Source of the DNA: Octopus vulgaris
Taxonomy: Eukaryota
NCBI GenBank assembly: GCA_951406725.2
Contig: OX597816.1
Location: 47,616,001 to 47,680,000, forward strand
Reading direction: 5' to 3'
Length of the DNA stretch: 64,000 nucleotides
Position numbers and translations under genes: made by a program. The notes under the pieces were generated by a model. The model had not been told where the DNA came from, did no database searches, and saw only the letters and a list, made by a program, of their open reading frames with translations. Of the stretch, positions 53,950 to 64,000 are shown one piece after another (positions within the stretch are counted from its first letter, which is position 1; every line of letters starts with the position of its first letter).

Positions 53950-54860
53950 CGATCCTCTGCAAGGCAGTTAATTGGCTGAGTTCTTAGAGCATTGGATTGA
54001 TTGCTTCATGGCTTTTTGTTCTAGGCCTCTGTATTCTGAGTTCAAATTTCACCTTGGTCAACTTTGCCTTTTATCTTTACTGGGTAGATAAAAAATGAGT
54101 AAAAATCTTGGGCAGTAGATTGCTGAAACTGTAAAGATACACTGTAATGTTTGCCATGACCCATCTGTCTTTACATTCTGAGTTCAAACTCTGCTGAGGT
54201 CGACTTTACCTTTTATCCTTTCAGGGTTGATAAATTAAGTACCTGTTGTGTACTGGGTCGATTTAATCAGCTGGCTCCCTCCCGCAAAATTTTGAGCCTT
54301 GTGTCTTGAGTAGAAAAGAATATTTGCCATGACTTAGGTGGCAAGTTACCAGAATTGTTAGCAATCTGGGCAAAATGCTTAGTGACATTTTGTCCACCTT
54401 TGCGTTCTGAGCTCAAGTTCTGCTGAGGTTAACTTTGCCTTTCATCCTTTTGGGGCCAATAAAATAAGTCATTATTTAATGTCTGTTTTCCATGCTGGCA
54501 TGGGTTGGACGGTTTGTTTAGAACTGGTAAACAGGAGAGCTGCACCAGGCTCCAATCTGATTTGGCAAGATTTCTATGGCTGGATGCCCTTCCTAACATC
54601 AACCATTCCGTGAGTGTAATGGGTACATACCACCAGCATGGGTCCCACTAACACAACGCCAGTAATGGCCACAACTATGATTTCACTTGGCATGAAAATG
54701 TCTTCTCAAGCACAGCATATCGTCAAGGGTCTTGGTCACTTGTCATCACTTCCATGAGACCCGACATTCATAAGTACCTGTTGAAAATTGGGGTTGATGT
54801 AATCGGCTTATCCTCTACCTACTGCTGGCCTTGTGCCAAAATTTGAAATCAGTATTTGTT
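53950..54860 (+). mobile_element. Cluster of SINE family B fragments with a minus-strand RTE tail (54470-54770)
   Basis: Repeated GAGTTCAAA...GCCTTT.ATCCTTT motifs. Confidence 0.72.
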
Positions 54861-55498
54861 CTGACTCTTTGTACCCCAAGTTCAAATCACACCATAGCCT
54901 AGTTGGGGTTGGGGTGGGTGGGGTAGACTTAATATGTTTCCTGGTTTAACATCCCCACCTTCTGTCACTTTGGGTACCTTTAGTGTGAATTCCACTTTGT
55001 TTTAAGCATTTTGGCCAGGTGATCAGTCAGGGGATAGCTTCCACTCTCCTTGCCACCATTCTTAGATTCTATGACGAAATTTGGGTACTGCCTTCCCTTA
55101 TGACATATCATCATCCTCATCATCATTATCATCGTCATCATCATTTAATGCCTGAGCAATTCCATGGATCAGACAGAGTTCATTCTTTAAAACAGATTTT
55201 ACACCGGCTGGATGCCCTTCCTGTTAACAATCCTCACCTGCTTCCAAGAAAGGTAATATTTCCCCATGGCCAGATGTGTTTTTCCTGTGGAAGACTGGAA
55301 ATTAATGGTGTTGCTTGTATGACAATGAATCTTGTTTACAACCATCACATGATGTCAGGCCAGGGGTACATATATGCAAACATAGGCACAAACATACACA
55401 CACACATGCATATATATAGAACAACAAATACGGACAAAGAAAATTATATCTTGATTTTAGATCTCACCTTATAAATCTGACAATTGTTTCAATAGCAT

Positions 55499-55614
55499 TT
55501 ACCAACCACATGGTTCCGGGTTCAGTCCTTGGGCAAGCGTCTTCTACTATAGCCTCGGGACAACCAAAGCCTTGTGAGTGGATTTAGTAGATGGAAACTG
55601 AAAGAAGCCTGTTG

Positions 55615-55649
<35 letters not shown>

Positions 55650-55862
55650 GTGTGTATATGTTTGTGTGTGTGTGTCCCAACATTGCTTGACAACCAATGC
55701 TGGTGTGTTTATGTCCCTGTAACTTAGCGGTTTGGCAAAAGAAACCGATAGAATAAGTACTAGGCTTACAAAGAATAAGTCCTGGGGTGGATTTGCTCGA
55801 CTAAAGGCGGTGCTCCAGCATGGCTGCAGTCAAAATGACTAAAACAAGTAAAAGAGTAAAGG
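55499..55862 (+). mobile_element. SINE family A
   Basis: Match to family A with AAAAGAGTAAA tail. Confidence 0.87.
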
Positions 55863-55914
55863 AGATATATATATTTGTATATTAAATATATATACACAAA
55901 TACATGTACATATG

Positions 55915-55965
<51 letters not shown>

Positions 55966-56930
55966 ATATATATGTGTGTGTGTGTGTATATATTTATATA
56001 TATATATATACATGTGTGTGTCTATGTCTGTACATGTATTTGTGTATGTATATATATAGATACATATATATGTATGTATGTACATATATATGCATAAATA
56101 CATGTACACACACAGACACACATGTATATACATATATATATATATATGTATAAGATATAATTAAAATTAATATTAATATTCTTGAAAATTCATGTTTGCC
56201 CAACATTATCAAGGCTATCCAAAATTAATGAAATTTCAACTGAACATCTGAAAAATTACCAGTTTATAAACGCTAATAAAAAGAACACCTAAATTGAATT
56301 CAACCTAAAGCATTCCTTCATCTAACTAATGGCAACGTCACTGGATAGCAAAAATGTTACACACACACACACACACACACACATGTACACACACACACAT
56401 GCACGCACACATATGTACCCATATGCACACATAACAGGCTTCTCTTAGTTTCAATCAACTAAAATCCGCTCGAAAGGGTTTGCCTGGCTCGGAGTTATAG
56501 TAGTAGATGCTTGCCCAAGGTGCTGTGCAGCAGGACTGAACCTAAGACCATTTGGTTGGGAACTAAGCCTCTTACCTATGCAACTATGCCTGCACCCGAC
56601 TATAAGATACAAAAAAAAAACAAATATTATTTCTACACCACACTGGTTGTTTTATAAATGCCATCATCATTGTCGTCATCGTCGTCGTCGTATTCATCAT
56701 CATCATCATCATCATCATCATCGTCATCATGATGGTCATCGTCGTTGTCCTCATCATTTTATGTTTTAATGCTGGGCTCTCAAACTCTACTCTACCCTTT
56801 CAGGTTGTCCATCATAATAGATCTATTGTTTCCCTTAGGTCACTCTTTTATTGTCATTCATCACTTCCTTATCACTATTTCAACTATTCCTCAATAGTAC
56901 TCTCTCACTCTCTTTCTTTCTCTCATTCTA

Positions 56931-56961
<31 letters not shown>

Positions 56962-57867
56962 TACCAACTACCATTTTAGCCGCCACTCTCTTTTCCTTAG
57001 GTCATTCATTATTAACATCCATCATATTCCCCTATCACTGACCATTTCTACAACTATCCATCATTTGTTCTATCTTTTACAAGTAAATATGTACCTACCA
57101 TTAGTGTCTCTCCTATATTACTCTCTGCCATTACTCACTCTCTTTCTCTCTCATTATATCCTACCCTCACTACCTCCCTTTCATTACACTTTTCAATATT
57201 ATCTCTCCCATTTCTTCCTCTGCTTTCATATTGTCAACCCAATCTCCGTTTCCTCCTCCTTTTTTTCATTTCTTTTTCCTTTTCATCTTAGTTTTATCTT
57301 AGCTTTATCTTCTGCAATCACTTTTCCTTTTGTTGGTTTCATTGCCCTCAATGAGTGGAAATGATATAGAATAGTAAGGTCTCTTTTATTTCGTAGGATA
57401 TAAATCAATTCCATTAGAAGTGGACCTACAACAAAATAATGCACCCTCTGTCTTCTGTGAAGCTACTGGGAGGTTAAGGAGGGCAGGCTGTCCATAGAAG
57501 CCATACTAAAACAGAACATATAAGTGAGACCTGATTCCCTCAACTGCTCATCGATAAGGGCTTGGGCTGTGATGACGCGGCCGATTCATGCCAGCATGGA
57601 AAGCAGATGTAAAAATGATGATGACGGTGAGATGATGATGACGATGACGACGACGATGATGATGGTGATGATGATGATGATCATCATCATCATCATCAAT
57701 ATCCTCCTCCTCATCATCATCATCATCAATATCCTCCTCATCATCATCATCACATTTGTTGTCACTGTTTTCATTGCATCACCATTACTATGACCAAACA
57801 ACATTCCTTCCAAATACCAACACCACCAAATACCACTGCTACTGTCACCACCACCACTACCACCACC

Positions 57868-57899
<32 letters not shown>

Positions 57900-58504
57900 C
57901 AACAATATAAAAATATATTTCTTTTGATGGCTAGATGACGTTGGTGCATTAGCTACCTTCATCTTCTTCTCCTTTTCTCTCTCTCTCTCTCTCTTTCTGT
58001 CCATTTACCATCCATTCCACTTATTTACCATTTGGCCCACGAAAAGTCAAAAAGCAGATAGACACACAGACAAACACACACACACACAACAAATTCACAG
58101 ACTCAGACAGACAGACACACACACACACACACACAGCAAGACTGACTGTACATTGTAAGCTGTGCTTTTGACATTTGATGTGATAATCAAAACTTATGTA
58201 TTATTAATTATATGTATTATATTTAATTTAGTCTTCAGTTAACACTTAGTTCCATGTAATTCATTTTAAGTAGATTTCCATGTCAGAAGTTTTTCTTATG
58301 TTTCTGGATATTCCCAGCCAACATTGCTGTAGAAATGTTTCGTTGGTGTCTTTTCTTCGTAAAAGATTGATTGATTCGTTGATGTGATCTACTTTTTATT
58401 GTATGGTTTCTGTATCACAATGTCTTGGTAGGACAAATAATCTGATAGAGAGAGAGAATCAAAGAGACTGAGGCAGACATCGATAAAAATGAGACGTGGG
58501 TGAA

Positions 58505-58537
58505 AGAATTGGGTGGATGCGTGGTATGCGTGTGTGT

Positions 58538-58583
<46 letters not shown>

Positions 58584-59970
58584 TTAAGTGTTTGTGTTTG
58601 AGTGTCTGTGTGTTTGTGCATGTGTATGTGTGTTTGCGTGTGTGAGCATGTATGTATGACTGTGTGTTTGTAAGTATATGTGTGTATGTATTTGTGTGTG
58701 TGTTTGTGTGTATGTATCTATGTATGTATGAGTGCTTCTGTGTGTATATGTGTATGTGTGTTTATGTGTTTCTGTGTGTATGCGCATGTGTGACAGTGTG
58801 TTTGTAAGTGTATATGTGTGTATGTGTATGTGTGTGTGTTGTGTGTGTTTAAGAAATAACGATAAAGTATTGAAATATTGAGGCAAAGTGTGTGTGTGTG
58901 AGAGAGAGAGATAGAGAGAGAGAGAGAGTGTGTCTGTGCATTTGTGTGCCTGAGTGTGGGTGTATGTGTGTGTGTGTTTGAGTATTCGTGTGTGTGTGTG
59001 TGTGTATATACATAGGTATGTATGCATGTATGAGTGTATGAGTGTTTGTGTGTTTAAGTGTGGGTGTTTAAGTGAGTGTATGTGTGTATGTGTGTGTGTT
59101 TGAGTGTATTTGTGTGTGTGTGTTTGTGCGTGTGTGCCTGTGTTTGTGTTTCTGTATGTGTGTGCTTGAGTGTGGATGTTTTAGTATGTGTGTATGCATG
59201 TGTTTGAGTGTGTGTGTATGAGTGTGTTTGAATGTATGTGTGTGTGTATGTTTGAATGTTTGAGTATGTATTTATGTATGTATGTATGTATGATTGTTAG
59301 TGTGTTTGTATGTGTATGTATGTGTTTGTGTGTCAGTTTATGTATGTGTTTATGTGTGCTTAAGAAAAGATGATAAAGATGTATCGAAATATTGAGGCAA
59401 AGTGTGGGTGAGAGAGAGAGAGAGTGTGTGTTTGTGCATGTGTGTGCTTGAGTGTGGGTGTTTAAGTGTGTGTATGTGTTTGTTTGAGTGTATGTGCATT
59501 TGAGCGTATATGTGTGTGAGTGTATTTGTGTGTGTGTGTGTGTGTCCCTGTTACAGAAATAATGATAAAAACAAAGAAATTTTGAGGGAGATAGAGAGAG
59601 AGAGAGATAGACAGACAGAAAAGAAGTGAAGAGAAATAATGTGAGTGTATGTGTGTGTGTGTTTATATAGGTGTGTGTGTATGTGTGCATGTATGTATGT
59701 GTATATGTGTGTGGGTGGTTTTGTTTGTGTGTATTTGTTTTGGAGAGAGGGGGAGGGAAAATAGAGTGGAAGTGACATGGAAAGAGAAAGTAAGGAGAAA
59801 GTCAGAAATATTGATGGATATGGACTGAAAAGAATCTCTGTGTGTGTGTGTGTATGTGTGTGTGTGTGCGTGTGTGTGTGCGTATGTTCGTATGTGTGTG
59901 TGTGTGCTCATCTGTTCCTCTGTGTGTGTTTGTGTGTGTCTGTGCGTATGTTTCTCTGTGTGTGTGTGTG

Positions 59971-60012
<42 letters not shown>

Positions 60013-60441
60013 TATGTGTGCGTGTGTGTGTGCTCATATGTTCCTGTGTGTGTGTGTTTGTGTGTGTCTGTGCATATGTTTCTCTCTGTGTGTGTGTGTC
60101 TGCATGTGTTTCTGTGTGTGTGTGTGTGTGTGAGTGTGTGTGTGTAAAAGAGATGAAACTGGAATGTCAGAGAAATGTGTCTTAGAAAGAAAGATAAAAA
60201 AACCAGAAAGATGGCTGGTAGAAGAAGACTGTAAGTATTAGAGAAAGCAATAACGAGAAATTCATTTACACACACACACATACACACGCACTCATGTGTG
60301 TGTCTACATGTACATGCAGATGAGAGAGAGTGTGTGCGATAGAAAAATAAAGATTAAGGTTGACATGTATGCATATATACATACTTATACACGCACACGC
60401 ACACACATATCTACTATAGCTTCTATATATGAATATATGTA

Positions 60442-60502
<61 letters not shown>

Positions 60503-60602
60503 ATATATATATATAAAATATATTTATATATATACATTCATATACATACATATATATGCATATATATATATATATGTATATGTATATGTATATGTATGTA
60601 TG

Positions 60603-60644
<42 letters not shown>

Positions 60645-60645
60645 C

Positions 60646-60689
<44 letters not shown>

Positions 60690-60998
60690 CTATCTATATC
60701 TATATATATATATGCATCTATCTATAAATATATATATATATATTTACATATATATAGATATGCATCTATATATATATATACATATACATGTATATGTATG
60801 TATATATATATATATATTTATATGCATACATATATCTATCCATCTATCTATCTATCTATCTATATATATATTTATATATATATATATGTATATAGATATA
60901 TATATATGTATATAAATATATAGATATACATATATATATATATATACATATACAAACACATGCACACACACACACACACACATACATGAGATGAGTAT

Positions 60999-61060
<62 letters not shown>
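58505..61060. repeat. Long degenerate (GT)n/(TA)n/(GA)n microsatellite field with an internal duplicated block (58850 and 59360)
   Basis: Seen directly. Confidence 0.93.
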
Positions 61061-61065
<5 letters not shown>

Positions 61066-62041
61066 TGTCTTTTTCATGTAAATGAAGTAATTTCTCTTAA
61101 TTTTTCCTTCTTCATCAGAATGAAAATATATTTAATAACTGAGAGAGACTGGTATGTTGAGTTGTGGATTTTGATTACAAAATCAGAAATAATTCTTTGA
61201 TATTATTCTTACATTTCTTTGATATTTCCAGAACACCTTTACGCAATGATTGCTTATGATTTTTAATAAATTTTAATCAATCACTATAATATATCTTTGA
61301 TCTTTAAGTGTTCTTCTCACGGCTTTTGTAAATTTCGAGAGATTATGAACCTGAGAATGTAGGACTATTAACAGCTAAGCACATTAACCTAGACAGATTT
61401 TCTTAAGATGAAGAATATGATAGAATTTCTCTTCAGCTTCTGTCTTTGACTGAACAAAAATGGGATGTTGATATGTAGATCTAATGTTAGAAATAATTGT
61501 AACAGTAAGCTTCAAATTCCAATTGAAAATTCTTCACAGCTTTATGAATTATAAATATGGGTGCTACCAAAGTTGTGTAGTGAAGAAGTTAACTTTGTAA
61601 CAACTTGGTTTTCAAGTTCTACCACACTTGTATCTTGAGCAATTGTCTTTGGATAACCAATGCTTTACATGTGGAATTGGTAAATGGAAACAGTATGAAA
61701 GGCCATTCATCATCGTCATCATCATTCTAACATCCACCTTTTCATGCTTATAAGGGTCAGATGGAGTTTATTGAGGCAGAGGTTTTATAAGTTGATGCCC
61801 TTCCTGTCACTGACCCTCACCTGTTTATTTCCCCATAGCTTGCCATGTTCTTGAGGATAGTGGAAATGAATGTCAAGGCTTGTATGACAGCAACAAACAT
61901 TTTATAAATATCAGGCAATGCCGAGACAAAGAGACACAAGCCTATACACACCCATACTCAGATTTAATTACACATTTTTCAATGCTTCATCATTTGCATT
62001 CTAATTTTATATATATATATATGTTTAAGTAAAAATTTAGA

Positions 62042-62212
62042 TTCAGTTGAATTTGGTACTTAAGTTAAAGGCACCAGAATTTGGTATGGTATTATCCATA
62101 TAATTCAAAATGGGGTGATTACAATCAAAATAAGCAGCAAGGATATCCAGAGGTAATGCATGAAACAATCGTACTGCATTATCTCTGGATATCTTTGTTG
62201 CTTATTTTGATT
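62042..62212. mobile_element. Fold-back mini-element, family of 40827
   Basis: Arms 62123-62160 and 62175-62212; spacer TGAAACAATCGTAC holds the 3' half of a hammerhead core. Confidence 0.7.
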
Positions 62213-62222
62213 ATATATTTAA

Positions 62223-62282
<60 letters not shown>

Positions 62283-62289
<7 letters not shown>

Positions 62290-62671
62290 TTAGAGACAAA
62301 ACCACTATTATGCAAATCAAACAAAGAAAGACTTAATCCAATACATAAAAAATTTTATATAAATTAAATATAATTAAGATTAATTAAGATATCCACTACG
62401 ATCGTTTCTTGTCACTTCAATGGACATTCATACCTGATGAATGTCTATTGAAGTGACAAGAAACGATTGTAGTGGATATCTTAATTAATCTTAATTATAT
62501 TTAATTTATATAAAATTTTCTATGTATTGGATTAAGTCTTTCTTTGTTTGATTTGCATAATAGTGGTTTTGTCTCTAATTAATATTATATTATATTTTAC
62601 TATAAAATTGGATTCAATCCTAAATCTGATTTTTCCCTGTAAATTTGGATTTATTCCCTAATATTTATTAT

Positions 62672-62676
<5 letters not shown>
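62283..62676. mobile_element. Palindromic mini-element with hammerhead at the pivot
   Basis: Near-perfect ~150-bp arms 62283-62431 and 62437-62585, spacer ACCTG; flanked by (TA)n. Confidence 0.85.
62431..62474 (+). ncRNA. Minimal type I hammerhead motif
   Basis: tac CTGATGA a tgtc tattgaagt gaca a GAAA cgat(t/c)g TA gtg; other arm gives palindromic ACGATCGT. Confidence 0.7.
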
Positions 62677-62753
<77 letters not shown>

Positions 62754-63117
62754 TATATATATATATATATATATAGTTAGGATAGTTGAAATGTTTGTCA
62801 GACATTTCAACTGCTAAAGGCAAATAAAATACACTACAGTTACTGTGGAGAAAAATCTCTCTTGAGGTAAAAAGGTGTGAAAACATCAGTCGGTTCAGTG
62901 TCGCCATCTGTTAGGAATCTCAGACATCGATGTTTCAAAATATGTGACAAACATATTTTAATTAACCTAGACTGTTATCAAACCTAACCACTGTTTTGTG
63001 CCAATGCTTCGTAATTTATCTCGATCAGGTAATCTACTAGCACAAATCAGTTACATGACTGAATTATATATAAAACTACAAACTTTATTTAGTTTGTTCA
63101 AAGTTGCATATTTTAGA

Positions 63118-63535
63118 AGGCGGCGAGCTGGCAGAAACGTTAGCATGCTGGGCGAAATGCTTAGCAGTATTTCGTCTGCCGTTACGTTCTGAGTTCAAAT
63201 TCCGCCAAGGTCGACTTTGCCTTTCATCCTTTCGGGGTCGATTAAATAAGTACCAGTTATGCACTGGGTTCGATATAATCGACTTAATCCGTTTGTCTGT
63301 CCTTGTTTATCCACTCTATGTTTAGCCCCTTGTGGGCGAAATAAGAAATATTAGGTGAAATGCTTAGTGCTATTTCGTCTGTCTTTATTTTCTGAGTTCA
63401 AATTCCGCAGAGGTCGACTTTTCCTTTCATCCTTTTGGGGTTGATAAACTAAGTACCAGTTGTGTACTGAGGTTGATCTAATCGACTGGTCCCCTCCCCT
63501 AAAATTTTGGGCTTTGTGCCTTGAGTAGAAAAGAG
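63118..63535 (+). mobile_element. SINE family B with partial tandem second unit
   Basis: AAGGCGGCGAGCTGGCAGAAACG head, GAGTTCAAATTCC B box, GCCTTTCATCCTTTCGGGGTCGAT domain resembling the Nin SINE domain. Confidence 0.88.
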
Positions 63536-64000
63536 TTTCATCTCGTTTGGCTGCTGCTTGTTTGTGAACTCGATTTGCATTATTCCCATGTTTTCTTGTT
63601 ATTGTACTAGTTTTTGTTAAAATTTAAACTGTTATCAATTTGTTAACTGTAATTTTCACCTGCGAGGCAGAAAATCGTGAATTTTTGTTATTGGAAAAAA
63701 AACTACTTTTGAACTCTGTGTTTTTTACCCTTACAGGGTATAAAAATATCATTTTTATCATTTTTTGGCAAAAGTTATTTTTTATAAAAAAGAAATTATT
63801 TTTTGTAAAAGAAAAATTCTTTCAATTCCTTTTGAAGGAATTCATTTTGTAATGGAATTTAGCGTCATGTCGAGGAAAGATTTCCCAGAGATGAAGGAGG
63901 CACCAGAAAAAAAGCTCTTAGCGCAAAGCAAGTGTCTGGAGAGAAATCCAGTTTTCGGCTGCCGTAGACAGGAATATGAGAGAGATAGAGGTAACAATGA

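Noticed and set aside
63860-64000. GC-richer open frame at window end (MSRKDFPEMKE...)
   Set aside because: Too short and truncated to assign

Overview
AT-rich, microsatellite-dense eukaryotic DNA with no recognisable host exon. The repeat content suggests a mollusc, probably Octopus (inference). The window is almost entirely mobile-element derived: a young Penelope-like element (PLE; RT plus C-terminal GIY-YIG, 35776-39195) preceded by a 1.4 kb inverted copy of its own 3' end; three Dong/R4-like RLE LINE copies in (TAA)n; an RTE-like LINE with a PHD-type finger inside its RT; many tRNA-derived SINEs; and Tc1/mariner, hAT, piggyBac and Tigger-like relics. The main hidden signal is a set of short non-coding elements, several of them head-to-head palindromes, each carrying a minimal type I hammerhead-ribozyme-like motif. 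There are about eight unrelated sequence families, including the PLE itself. Two carry a compensatory U3-A8 core, and one is a tRNA-headed hammerhead element with a 15-bp TSD. All motif calls were made by eye and repeat boundaries are approximate.
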